Source of the DNA: Candidatus Moraniibacteriota bacterium
GTDB taxonomy: Bacteria; Patescibacteriota; Minisyncoccia; Moranbacterales; UBA1568
Assembly (NCBI GenBank): GCA_049290475.1
Contig: JBATNS010000007.1
Coordinates: forward strand, 1-31,932
Length of the DNA stretch: 31,932 nucleotides
Direction of reading: 5' to 3'
The position numbers and the translations under genes were made by a program. A model generated the notes under the pieces. That model had not been told where the DNA came from and ran no database searches. It saw nothing but the letters and a program-made list of their open reading frames with translations. Of the stretch, positions 16,509 to 25,427 are shown piece by piece. Within the stretch, counting starts at the first letter, position 1. The number at the start of each line of letters is the position of its first letter.

Positions 16509-16519
16509 GGAAAGAGGGT

Positions 16520-16885
16520 ATGAAATTGAAAGAAGCCTTCAAAATTGCCTCTCTTCCGGTCATCCTTGCTTCGCTCTGCTGCCTCTCACCGGTTATTTTG
16601 GTTCTCTTTGGTCTCTCAACGGTCGGTTTTGCGGCTTCGCTCGCTGATACGTTTTACGGGGAATACAAGTGGTATTTCCGTTTGGTTGGTATTGTCGCTC
16701 TCGCTTTCGCATACTGGTATCACCTTCGCCGACAGGGGGTCTGTACTCTGGAAGCGGCCAAACGCGAACGGAACCGCATTATCAACGGACTCCTTTTGAT
16801 GCTCATTATCGGTGTTATCGGTTATGTTTTCTTCCTGTACGTCGTCGTCCACTTCATCGGTGTTTGGCAGGGCATCTGGAAATAG
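16520..16885 (+). CDS. MerT/MerF-like small membrane protein with a Cys-Cys pair
   Basis: ASLCCLSPVILVLFG resembles MerT TM1 (ASxCCLGPLVL). 3 TM helices and a further loop Cys (GVCTL). Confidence 0.6.
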   Translation: MKLKEAFKIASLPVILASLCCLSPVILVLFGLSTVGFAASLADTFYGEYKWYFRLVGIVALAFAYWYHLRRQGVCTLEAAKRERNRIINGLLLMLIIGVIGYVFFLYVVVHFIGVWQGIWK

Positions 16886-16946
16886 ACCTTGACCAAATCG
16901 AAAATCCGTGCCAAGATAGCTTGATTTCGATTCTAATCTTTACGCC

Positions 16947-18137
16947 ATGAGTTTTCATCATCTCGGTATTGCCCCAGGGCTTCTCGCTGTTCTCGACGAG
17001 CTCAAGTTTGTTACGCCAACTCCCATCCAAGAGCGCTCCATACCGATTGCTATTCTCGGTAAAGACGTCATGGGTATCGCTCAGACAGGGACGGGCAAGA
17101 CGCTGGCCTTTGGTATCCCGATGATCGGCCGTATCCTCGAAGACAAAACTCGCCAAGGGCTAATCATCCTTCCTACCCGTGAGCTCGCGCTTCAGGTGGA
17201 TGAGACCTTTCAGAGCATCGGCAAGAAACTTGGCATCCGAACAGCAGTCCTCATTGGTGGCGACTCGATGGAGAAACAGAAGCGACAGATTCGTGCCAAT
17301 CCTCACGTTATCATTGCAACGCCTGGTCGTTTGAACGATCATCTCGGTCAACGAACGGTAAAGCTCGATCAGGTGCGTATCCTTGTTCTCGATGAAGCGG
17401 ACCATATGCTCGACATGGGTTTCGCCCCACAGATTGCAGAGGTCGTGAAGCATGTGCCCAAAGAACGTCAGACGATGTTGTTTTCGGCCACCATGCCGAA
17501 CGAGGTTATCCGACTGGCTACTTCGTATCTGAAGATTCCGACCCGTGTTGAAGTGGCCCCTCCCGGTACGGCGGTGGAAAAAATCTCTCAAGAGCTCTTC
17601 TTCGTGCCACATATGGAGAAGCTTGACCTGCTGTTGAAGTTGCTGGGTGAGTACTCGGGCAGCGTTCTCGTGTTCATCCGGACCAAATTCATTGCCAAAC
17701 GTATCGCCTTGTCGCTCCGGAACAAAGGCCATCAAGCCGTAGAAATCCATTCGAATCGCTCGCTCTCACAGCGCCGCGAGGCGCTCGATGGCTTCAAGGC
17801 CGGCCGCTACCGCATCTTGGTAGCGACTGATATCGCTGCGCGTGGCATCGATGTGTCGGGTATCAAAGTCGTCATCAACTATGATTTGCCGGAAAAGGCC
17901 GAAGACTACGTGCACCGGATCGGTCGGACGGCCCGTGCTGGTCGTGAAGGACGTGCCATCTCATTCGCTACACCTGACCAAAAGGGCAATGTCCGTGACA
18001 TCGAGCGCCTCATGCGCATCACTCTCCCGATCACTGGTGGCCAAGAGCCGGTGGGTGAGATGAAAGCAGTGCGGAGCGTCCGCCGACCGTCATCTTCAGC
18101 CCGGCCAGGGGCCCGTCATTTCGGCCGCCGTCGCTAG
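16947..18137 (+). CDS. DEAD-box RNA helicase (RhlE-like)
   Basis: Q motif PTPIQ, AQTGTGKT, PTRELA, TPGRL, DEAD, SAT, ARGID, HRIGRTAR and a basic tail. Confidence 0.96.
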   Translation: MSFHHLGIAPGLLAVLDELKFVTPTPIQERSIPIAILGKDVMGIAQTGTGKTLAFGIPMIGRILEDKTRQGLIILPTRELALQVDETFQSIGKKLGIRTAVLIGGDSMEKQKRQIRANPHVIIATPGRLNDHLGQRTVKLDQVRILVLDEADHMLDMGFAPQIAEVVKHVPKERQTMLFSATMPNEVIRLATSYLKIPTRVEVAPPGTAVEKISQELFFVPHMEKLDLLLKLLGEYSGSVLVFIRTKFIAKRIALSLRNKGHQAVEIHSNRSLSQRREALDGFKAGRYRILVATDIAARGIDVSGIKVVINYDLPEKAEDYVHRIGRTARAGREGRAISFATPDQKGNVRDIERLMRITLPITGGQEPVGEMKAVRSVRRPSSSARPGARHFGRRR

Positions 18138-18138
18138 T

Positions 18139-18167
18139 TTTACAAATACCCGAGCGAGTGATAGACT
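18139..18167 (+). promoter_or_regulatory. Sigma70-type promoter of the orphan gene at 18207
   Basis: TTTACA, 17 bp ending TGA, TAGACT. GGAGG at 18196-18200. Confidence 0.6.
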
Positions 18168-18206
18168 CTCCTGATTCCTTCCTAACCAAACAACTGGAGG
18201 TGCATC

Positions 18207-18609
18207 ATGAATGCTGTCAGAGTTAGGCTTTTACCCGAGGAACATCATCTCGGCTGTTTTTCTTTCCTCGTTGATACGCCGCCGGCGCTCATGCTCGAGA
18301 CACTCAAACCGGTTGTCCTCCGGACAATGCTCAGGCTGTGGCATCAGTTCCCGGAGTCCGTCGATCCGGCCGACACCGCCGAATGCGAGTATTTCTATAT
18401 CGGTTGCCCCCAAGAACGCTATCAGGGGAGAAGTCGTCTCCAAGGTCACCTATCGACTCAAGCGTCCGCCGATCGCTCGTCAACATCACTCCCGACGCGA
18501 TGTGAGCCGCCGTCGCAGCATCTATTGCTGGATCGGTCCGAGCATCGCCGTTCCGAACGGCCTCTCACTCTTCCTCGGGAGATACCGCCCGCCTCGCCGG
18601 CTGGATTAA
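18207..18609 (+). pseudogene. Orphan gene (~133 aa) interrupted by a +1 frameshift at G4 18425-18428 (pseudogene, recoding or sequence error)
   Basis: Host-like codons in the 18207 frame up to the G run and in the +1 frame after it. Stop TAA at 18609 precedes the terminator. Confidence 0.6.
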
Positions 18610-18645
18610 AGGGGAGGCAATTGCATGTACCTCACCACCTCTCTC

Positions 18646-18683
18646 GGTCCCTGCTTTCTATGAAAGCTGGGACCCTTCTTTTT
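18646..18683 (+). terminator. Intrinsic terminator
   Basis: GGTCCC-T-GCTTTC-TAT-GAAAGC-T-GGGACC followed by CTTCTTTTT. Confidence 0.75.
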
Positions 18684-18700
18684 AATGCTAGGATGGAGGC

Positions 18701-19501
18701 ATGAATTTTCGTAAAACGACTATCATTATCCTAGGTGCAGCCGTCATTGGTTGGGGAGTTTTTTATACGGTAGAATATTTTTCTGAACGAACTGACGAAG
18801 GGATGATATTCGATCAGTTGCCAGTCCAAACGCCCTTCGTTGAGGAGACGCACGTGATCACTGAAGAAGAACCGGCTGTCCCGGCTATTCCACAGGCGGA
18901 ACCAGCTCAACCAAAGATCTGGTCGAATATTCCCTTCGTCTCTCAAGCACCGACCGGCGAGTGGGGCAGAAGTGAATTCCAGAACGGCTGCGAAGAAGCC
19001 TCGGTACTGATGGTACATGCCTGGCGAACAGGAAAGGCATATACAAAGGATCAAGCGAAGCAAGAGCTCATCGATATGGCTCGCTACCAAGAGGAGCAGA
19101 TCGGCCAGGGGATTGATACCGACACGGCGGATACAGCCAGAGTGCTGCTTGACCGCTACTTTTCGATTGCTGATTATAGAATTGATTATGATTTTACGCT
19201 TGAGGAATTGAAACAATCGCTCGCCGAAGGACTTAGTATCGTTCCGACCAACGGCCAAGCTCTGAAGAATCCGAACTTCACCAGACTCGGCCCGCTCCAG
19301 CATATGCTCGTAGTGACGGGCTATGATGTGATGACAAAAGAATTTATTACTAATGATCCGGGCACACGCAAAGGCGAGGGTTATCGTTACCCTGAGCAGA
19401 TTCTCTTTGACGCCATCCGCGAGTATCCGACCGGGAAACACCTACCGATACAGACAGAACGCAAGGCAATGATTGTCATTCCAGCCATCACAATCCCTTG
19501 A
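18701..19501 (+). CDS. Membrane-anchored C39-like cysteine peptidase
   Basis: PFVSQAP..W...QNGCEEAS (Cys), HMLVVTGYD (His), FITNDPG (Asp). N-terminal TM helix. TGCTAGGAT ends 6 nt before the ATG. Confidence 0.85.
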   Translation: MNFRKTTIIILGAAVIGWGVFYTVEYFSERTDEGMIFDQLPVQTPFVEETHVITEEEPAVPAIPQAEPAQPKIWSNIPFVSQAPTGEWGRSEFQNGCEEASVLMVHAWRTGKAYTKDQAKQELIDMARYQEEQIGQGIDTDTADTARVLLDRYFSIADYRIDYDFTLEELKQSLAEGLSIVPTNGQALKNPNFTRLGPLQHMLVVTGYDVMTKEFITNDPGTRKGEGYRYPEQILFDAIREYPTGKHLPIQTERKAMIVIPAITIP

Positions 19502-19566
19502 CTTTTGGGCGTTTTGTGCTACTCTATCGGCACTGTTTTTTTGTCCTTTCAACCAGGAGGTGTGTC

Positions 19567-19974
19567 ATGGCGTCACTGCCAGCGTTTAAGAGACCAAAGC
19601 CGGTTAAGGTGCGGTCCAACATCGACTACGCGTATTACGTGCAGCCGATCGGAGAAGTCATGGTCAAGGGGATTGGTGAGTTGCAGAGGCAACACAAGCT
19701 TCCCTGTGATGATGATGACTTGGTAGAGATTGAACTCGGAAAGGGTGATGAAAATCCTCGCGGGTGGCGAACCAGCCCTGAGGTGATGGCCATCATCTTC
19801 GAGACAAAAAAAGGGTGTACCTTTTATTACCAGCGTGACTACTGGTTCTATCGGATTCATCCCGACACCAAGGATGTGACCACCGTGCCCCGGTCCGCGT
19901 TCGAGATTGCTCGTCCAACGCGGGTCGTGAAGAAGGCGATTCATTCCGGGAAGAAGGCAGCCACTTTGCGCTGA
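19567..19974 (+). CDS. Hypothetical protein (135 aa)
   Basis: AGGAGG RBS, promoter TTGACT-16bp-TACTCT (19498-19525) and a downstream terminator. No motif recognised. Confidence 0.75.
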   Translation: MASLPAFKRPKPVKVRSNIDYAYYVQPIGEVMVKGIGELQRQHKLPCDDDDLVEIELGKGDENPRGWRTSPEVMAIIFETKKGCTFYYQRDYWFYRIHPDTKDVTTVPRSAFEIARPTRVVKKAIHSGKKAATLR

Positions 19975-20009
19975 GCAATGCTTTTGTGATCGAGAGCAAG
20001 TTCGGCTTA

Positions 20010-20052
20010 AAGCATGCCGGTCTGGGGATTCCCTGGGCCGGCGCTTGTTTTT
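20010..20052 (+). terminator. Intrinsic terminator
   Basis: GCCGGTCTGGGG-ATT-CCCTGGGCCGGC stem, extended by AAGC/GCTT and followed by GTTTTT. Confidence 0.75.
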
Positions 20053-20076
20053 AAGAAAGAGTATAATCAAATCATC

Positions 20077-20820
20077 ATGGCTATCCTCCGTTCCCGCAAT
20101 ATCTTTGATCCGAAAAGCGATTCGCCGTTCAAGCTTTCCCGTTCCAAGCTCGAACAGTTTCTTGCTTGTCCGCGCTGCTTTTATATCGACCGCCGGCTCG
20201 GGGTGGGGCAACCGCAGGGTCCGCCCTTCAATCTGAACAAGGCCGTCGATACGCTACTCAAGAAAGAGTTCGATATTCATCGCGCCGCAAGCACGCAGCA
20301 TCCGCTCCTCGAAAAGTATAGTGTCGACGCTCGACCGGTGGTGCATGCCAATCTTGACATGTGGCGCGAGAATTTTCAGGGCGTGCAGTACCATCATCTC
20401 CCGACCAACCTCATCATCACGGGCGCCATCGATGACTTGTGGATTAATTCGCGCGATGAATATATCGTGGTCGACTACAAGGCGACGAGTAAGGCGGAAG
20501 TAATTGATAAGCTGAACGACAATTGGCACAACGCCTACCGTCGGCAGATGGAAATATATCAGTGGTTGCTTCGGGCAAACGGCTATACGGTCTCGTCCAC
20601 CGGCTATTTCGTCTATTGCAATGCCGGGACGGATCATATTGCTTTCGACGCACGTCTCGAGTTCGATGTCCGTCTTATCGCGTATGAGGGGAATGATGAG
20701 TGGGTTGAAGGCGTGATCTATCGGGCGAAGGGATGTCTCATGGCAGATGCCGCACCCGAAGCGGCTCCGAACTGTGATTTCTGTCTCTACACAGATGCAC
20801 GGGTACAGCGGGGAGTCTAA
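20077..20820 (+). CDS. PD-(D/E)XK nuclease, Cas4/AddB-like
   Basis: LSRSKL...CPRCFY, GAIDDLW, VVDYK, QMEIY and C-terminal CDFC. TATAAT at 20062-20067. Confidence 0.9.
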   Translation: MAILRSRNIFDPKSDSPFKLSRSKLEQFLACPRCFYIDRRLGVGQPQGPPFNLNKAVDTLLKKEFDIHRAASTQHPLLEKYSVDARPVVHANLDMWRENFQGVQYHHLPTNLIITGAIDDLWINSRDEYIVVDYKATSKAEVIDKLNDNWHNAYRRQMEIYQWLLRANGYTVSSTGYFVYCNAGTDHIAFDARLEFDVRLIAYEGNDEWVEGVIYRAKGCLMADAAPEAAPNCDFCLYTDARVQRGV

Positions 20821-20835
20821 AAAGAGATTGAGAGC

Positions 20836-20874
20836 AAAAAAAAGCGAGCCGCACACCGGATGGTATGGGGCTCG
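20836..20874 (-). terminator. Intrinsic terminator of the minus-strand orphan
   Basis: Minus strand CGAGCC-C-CATACC-ATCC-GGTGTG-C-GGCTCG followed by C and T8. Confidence 0.7.
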
Positions 20875-20911
20875 TGAGAGTGTGGAGTCAGGGGCTCTTG
20901 TGTAGAGCACA

Positions 20912-21148
20912 TCAGACAAAGCTTGGCTGGCGCGGCTTCATCTTCGGAAGCTTTTCGGCCACCATCCGCTGGATGATGCCGAAATGCGCGAGATAGCTTG
21001 TTGCTGTGATTTTGTGTTCAGCCGCCACCTTCCGGAACTGAACCCGGTAATTGGTGGCATCGAACGGCCGGGCGGCTTGGTCATCCATGAGTGCGATGAT
21101 CTCATCACGCATCTCGTAGTAGTAGTCAGGGTGTTTGCGTTGCCGCAT
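20912..21148 (-). CDS. Hypothetical small basic protein (78 aa)
   Basis: Has its own promoter (TTGACT-17-TATACT) and terminator. Helical-looking sequence, no family recognised. Confidence 0.65.
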   Translation of the reverse strand: MRQRKHPDYYYEMRDEIIALMDDQAARPFDATNYRVQFRKVAAEHKITATSYLAHFGIIQRMVAEKLPKMKPRQPSFV

Positions 21149-21180
21149 GTTGCCTCCGGTTGGTAAGTTACGTTAGCAAT

Positions 21181-21220
21181 AGTATACACTCTTTACATAA
21201 AAAAGTCAATAGTGTACGAT
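21181..21220. promoter_or_regulatory. Two interleaved divergent sigma70 promoters
   Basis: Minus: TTGACT(21209-21204)-17-TATACT(21186-21181). Plus: TTTACA(21192-21197)-17-TACGAT(21215-21220). Confidence 0.7.
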
Positions 21221-21228
21221 GGATATCT

Positions 21229-22500
21229 ATGACTACAGCCTGGGAGAAGAAAATCAGCATCTCAAATTTTCTCAAAGAGAACATACTGCCGGAAACACCG
21301 GGCGTGTATTTTTTTCTGGGTGCGGAGGACGAGATTCTCTATATTGGTAAAGCGACCGTCCTCTCTGATCGGGTGAAGAGCTATTTTGGACCGGACCTCG
21401 GCGAGGTACGTGGGCCGAAGCTTGTGCTCATGCGAGAGCGAGTAGCATCGATTGCGTGGATTCGGCTCGACTCTGTCTTGGAGGCACTCATCAAGGAGGG
21501 GCAGCTTATCAAGCAGTATCTGCCGCCGTACAATACCGACGCCAAGGATGATAAGAGTTATAATTTCGTCATAATTACGGAGGAAAACTACCCGCGCATC
21601 CTTCTCGTTCGTGAGCGTGATATCGAGACGGGGAAATTTACGGTGCCCATCAAAGCGAAGTTCGGGCCCTATACGCGCGGTGAAGCACTTCGGACGGCAC
21701 TCAGGATTGTGCGGCAGATCTTTCCGTATCGTGACAAATGCACGCCGTATGCGGAGCTTACTTCTCTGCAACAGGTGAAAGCACGACCGTGTTTTCAGGC
21801 TCAGATTGGGTTGTGCCCAGGAGTCTGTACGGGAACGATTACGGCGGTAGAGTATCGAAAGACGATAAAGCGGATTGCGTTGTTCTTTGGTGGCAAAAAA
21901 GTGGACTTGGTAAAGAATCTCGAAAAAGAGATGCGGCTCGCGGCCAAAGAACTTCGTTTCGAGGACGCGAATACAATCAAAAAGCTCCTCTTCGACCTCG
22001 GCCATATCCATGATGTCGCACTCATGAAAGCCGATCGCGAAGAAAGCTCGGCGGCGCGTATCGAGGCGTACGATACTGCCCACCTTCAGGGTGAGGCAAC
22101 GGTAGGTGTGATGACGGTGGTTCAGCACGCTTTGGCGAAAAAAAGCGAGTACCGATTGTTTACCCTACGGAATAATCATGGCGGCAATGACCTTTCGGCA
22201 CTCGAAGAGATTCTGACCCGCCGGCTTGCACATAGTGAGTGGACTTTGCCGGAACTCATTGTTGTCGATGGAGCTCTCCTTCAGTCGGATGTCGTGGCTC
22301 GGATCTTGAAGAAAAAAGGACTGTCAATTCCGATTGTCGGCGTAGTGAAGAATGAGAAACATAAAGCGGACCGTATCATCGGGCCGCGTGGGCTGGTAAA
22401 ACGATTTGAAAAAGACATCCTCCTTGCGAATGCTGAAGCCCATCGTTTTGCCGTTGGTTTCCATCGGAAAAAGAAACGTGAGCAATTTCTGCCGGGTTGA
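21229..22500 (+). CDS. uvrC: Excinuclease ABC subunit C, compact form lacking HhH
   Basis: GIY-YIG (PGVYFF..YIGKA..RVKSYF), Cys cluster CFQAQIGLCPGVC, UVR domain, RNase H-like RIEAYD / LIVVDG / EAHRFA. Confidence 0.88.
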   Translation: MTTAWEKKISISNFLKENILPETPGVYFFLGAEDEILYIGKATVLSDRVKSYFGPDLGEVRGPKLVLMRERVASIAWIRLDSVLEALIKEGQLIKQYLPPYNTDAKDDKSYNFVIITEENYPRILLVRERDIETGKFTVPIKAKFGPYTRGEALRTALRIVRQIFPYRDKCTPYAELTSLQQVKARPCFQAQIGLCPGVCTGTITAVEYRKTIKRIALFFGGKKVDLVKNLEKEMRLAAKELRFEDANTIKKLLFDLGHIHDVALMKADREESSAARIEAYDTAHLQGEATVGVMTVVQHALAKKSEYRLFTLRNNHGGNDLSALEEILTRRLAHSEWTLPELIVVDGALLQSDVVARILKKKGLSIPIVGVVKNEKHKADRIIGPRGLVKRFEKDILLANAEAHRFAVGFHRKKKREQFLPG

Positions 22501-22512
22501 GTCGGATGAATT

Positions 22513-22521
22513 TTATCCACA
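22513..22521 (+). promoter_or_regulatory. Consensus DnaA box
   Basis: TTATCCACA in the uvrC-uvrA intergenic region. Confidence 0.6.
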
Positions 22522-22543
22522 GTGGGAGGTGATAAGCCGATAC

Positions 22544-22572
22544 TTTACCCACGCTCAGATTTCCAGTATACT
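22544..22572 (+). promoter_or_regulatory. Probable uvrA promoter
   Basis: TTTACC, 17 bp, TATACT. Confidence 0.55.
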
Positions 22573-22605
22573 AGGAAACAATTCGTCTATCGCACCGTAC
22601 GGCGT

Positions 22606-25413
22606 ATGCCTGGAAAAAAGAGCGTCATCGAGATTCGCGGAGCCCGGGTGAACAATTTGAAGAACGTGGACATCGATATCCCGCGGGATGCTCTGGTCGT
22701 CGTGACTGGTCTTTCGGGTTCGGGGAAATCGTCGCTTGCTTTCGATACCTTATACGCCGAAGCCAATCGGCGTTATGTTGAGTCCCTCTCCGCCTACGCT
22801 CGGAATTTTATGGAAGGGTACGATAAGCCGGACGTCGATACGATTCGGAATCTTTCCCCGGCCATTTCAATCGACCAAAAGAGCGTGTCACGTAGTCCAC
22901 GCTCGACCGTCGGTACGATGACGGAAGTCTATGACTACCTACGACTCCTTTTTGCCAAAGTCGGCAAGCCGCACTGCCCGAAGTGCCATCAGACATTGTC
23001 TCGGAAGACAGCCGTTGCCATACTTGGTGAAATTCTTGCCTTACCGAATGGTTCGAACCTTATTTTCGTAGCTGAAAGCCCGCTCCTGGCAGGGAAAAAT
23101 TGGGAGCAAGCGATTGATCTTATTGATGATTGGGGGTTTGTTCGGGTCTGGTATCGTGATGCGGCAATCGCTCTGACGGAACTGCATACGGTTGTTGATC
23201 TCAGTGCGCCAGCCGAGTGTCTTGTTATCGTTGATCGACTCGTACTTGATACCGTGCGACCAGATAAAGAGCGCATGCTCGATTCTATTCATACGGGCTT
23301 CCAGGCCGGCCATGGGGTGATGCGCCTCTTTGTCGATGGAAAGCATTTTCATTCCTATCATGAACGGTACCGTTGCGAGGCGTGTCAGATTGAGCTCCCT
23401 GAGTTTTCTCCAGCACATTTTTCTTTCAACAGTCCGGAAGGAGCTTGTCCAACCTGTGGCGGCTTGGGCGTGACACTTGAATTTGATCCAGCCCTGGTTA
23501 TCCCGAATGATACGTTGTCGATTTCCGAGGGTGCGATTCGGCCCTGGAGCAAGATGAATAGCGATCGAGGAAACAACAACGGTCCGATGTCACTCCTCCG
23601 GGAGATGGCCAAGCGAGAAAGGATCTCGCTCGATATTCCGGTCAAAAAACTTTCAGAAAAACAGCGCGAATACATCCTTCGTGGAGATGCCAAGTGCGAT
23701 CTCACTGATGAATTTGGTTTTCCAGGAGTTCTCGGATTACTGGAACGCAAGTATCGCGAGACGAAGTCTGATCATCTCCGGGCCGAAATTGAAACCTTCA
23801 TGTTCATGCAACGTTGTCCGGAGTGTCAGGGGAAACGTCTTCGCTCCGAATCACTCTCGGTGTATATTGGGGAGAAAAATATCAATGATTTTGTTGGGCA
23901 ATCGATTGAAGATCTGCGATTATTTTTCAAGGAGTTGCGACCGCAACTCCTTACAGAAGGTGAAGAGAAATCTCTCGTCGAACCACTTTTCAGCGAAATG
24001 GAAATGCGGCTTTCGGCAGTCGACAAAGTAGGGCTTGGCTACTTGTCGTTGTCGCGCAGCGCAGATACGCTTTCGGGCGGCGAAGCACAGCGCATCCGAT
24101 TATCGGTGCAGATCAAGTCCGGGCTCTCGGGAATTATTTATGTCCTCGATGAGCCGTCAGTCGGTCTCCATAGTCGTGATACTGACCGACTTATTCGAGC
24201 GCTTGAGGAATTACGGGGTGCTAACAATTCACTCGTTGTCGTTGAGCACGATGTTGCGATCATGCGAAAGGCTGACTGGATCATTGATCTCGGACCGGGT
24301 GCCGGGAAAGAGGGTGGGGAAATCATCTTCTCCGGTACGCCGGAAAAACTGATGAAGTCGAAGTTGCTTACCGGCCAATACCTGTCGGGTAAGCGCTCCG
24401 TGATGGAACACGGCGCGCTCCGTGATGGATCAGGTAAATCCATCAGTATTGAAGGAGCAACCGAACATAACCTGAAAGACGTCACCGTAGAAATCCCGTT
24501 GGGTAAGTTCGTCTCGGTCTCAGGTGTTTCTGGCTCTGGCAAATCGACACTGGTTCATGACATTCTTTCCCGTTCGCTCTCCAAACATTTCTATCAGGCG
24601 CGGACTGAGCCGGGTGCACACCGAGCGCTCAAAGGCATCGAACATATTGATAAGGTCATTACGGTGACCCAGGATGCTATCGGCCGAACGCCGCGATCGA
24701 ACGCCGCGACGTATACGGGTATTTTTAGTTTGATTCGCGATGTTTTTGCCGCGACACCGGAGGCGGAGAAGGAGCGATACTCGGCCTCATACTTTAGCTT
24801 TAACATGCGCGGCGGACGCTGCGAAGTGTGTCAAGGTGGCGGCCTGAAGAAGATTGAAATGTATCTCTTGCCCGATGTGTATATCCCGTGCGAGGTTTGT
24901 AATGGCACTCGCTATAATGCGAAGACTCTCGCCATCCAGTATCGCGGCATGAATATCTCCGAGGTCCTCCGTATGACGGTAACAGAGGCCCGACACTTTT
25001 TCCTTGACCAGCCGATGATTGAAGAAAAACTTCGCGTGCTCGAAGAGGTCGGCCTTGGATATCTCGTTCTTGGTCAGAGTGCGCCGAATCTTTCGGGTGG
25101 TGAAGCACAACGCATCAAGCTGGCGACTGAGCTGGCGCGGAAATCAACCGGGAAAACCCTCTATATCCTCGATGAGCCGACCATTGGTCTCCACTTCGAA
25201 GATGTGCGGCGACTGCTCGAGGTTTTGAACGCGCTGGTTGATAAGGGTAATACAGTGATTGTAGTAGAACATAATATTGATGTTATCCGGTCTTCAGACT
25301 GGGTCATCGACATGGGCCCGGATGGCGGCGGTCGGGGTGGTATGGTTGTGTACAGTGGCATACCTGAGAAGTTGAAAAAAATAAAAGCGAGCTTCACGGG
25401 CAGGTATCTGTAA
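22606..25413 (+). CDS. uvrA: Excinuclease ABC subunit A
   Basis: Two ABC modules ([16 protein letters not shown], two [12 protein letters not shown]), Zn-finger CxxC pairs, FSFN motifs. Start at ATG 22606. Confidence 0.97.
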   Translation: MPGKKSVIEIRGARVNNLKNVDIDIPRDALVVVTGLSGSGKSSLAFDTLYAEANRRYVESLSAYARNFMEGYDKPDVDTIRNLSPAISIDQKSVSRSPRSTVGTMTEVYDYLRLLFAKVGKPHCPKCHQTLSRKTAVAILGEILALPNGSNLIFVAESPLLAGKNWEQAIDLIDDWGFVRVWYRDAAIALTELHTVVDLSAPAECLVIVDRLVLDTVRPDKERMLDSIHTGFQAGHGVMRLFVDGKHFHSYHERYRCEACQIELPEFSPAHFSFNSPEGACPTCGGLGVTLEFDPALVIPNDTLSISEGAIRPWSKMNSDRGNNNGPMSLLREMAKRERISLDIPVKKLSEKQREYILRGDAKCDLTDEFGFPGVLGLLERKYRETKSDHLRAEIETFMFMQRCPECQGKRLRSESLSVYIGEKNINDFVGQSIEDLRLFFKELRPQLLTEGEEKSLVEPLFSEMEMRLSAVDKVGLGYLSLSRSADTLSGGEAQRIRLSVQIKSGLSGIIYVLDEPSVGLHSRDTDRLIRALEELRGANNSLVVVEHDVAIMRKADWIIDLGPGAGKEGGEIIFSGTPEKLMKSKLLTGQYLSGKRSVMEHGALRDGSGKSISIEGATEHNLKDVTVEIPLGKFVSVSGVSGSGKSTLVHDILSRSLSKHFYQARTEPGAHRALKGIEHIDKVITVTQDAIGRTPRSNAATYTGIFSLIRDVFAATPEAEKERYSASYFSFNMRGGRCEVCQGGGLKKIEMYLLPDVYIPCEVCNGTRYNAKTLAIQYRGMNISEVLRMTVTEARHFFLDQPMIEEKLRVLEEVGLGYLVLGQSAPNLSGGEAQRIKLATELARKSTGKTLYILDEPTIGLHFEDVRRLLEVLNALVDKGNTVIVVEHNIDVIRSSDWVIDMGPDGGGRGGMVVYSGIPEKLKKIKASFTGRYL

Positions 25414-25427
25414 TTGAGATATTCCGT

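Noticed and set aside
16896..16932. Imperfect inverted repeat AATCGAAA...TTTCGATT around the helicase promoter (TTGACC-17-CAAGAT)
   Set aside because: Long spacer and weak -10. I cannot distinguish operator, hairpin or chance.
18207..18704. 165-aa ORF as one intact gene
   Set aside because: Its second half is low-complexity and runs through a terminator and the next gene's promoter. The frameshift model fits better.
20077..20820. CRISPR-Cas locus suggested by the Cas4-like gene
   Set aside because: No cas1, cas2, effector genes or repeat array anywhere in the window.
5381..22128. Long antisense ORFs (5381-6064, 15480-16070, 17160-17750, 18731-19441, 19573-20211, 20254-20919, 21262-22128)
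   Set aside because: They are shadows of well-supported plus-strand genes and carry no motifs of their own.
22513..22521. Replication origin
   Set aside because: Only one DnaA box, no AT-rich unwinding element, and no dnaA/dnaN nearby.
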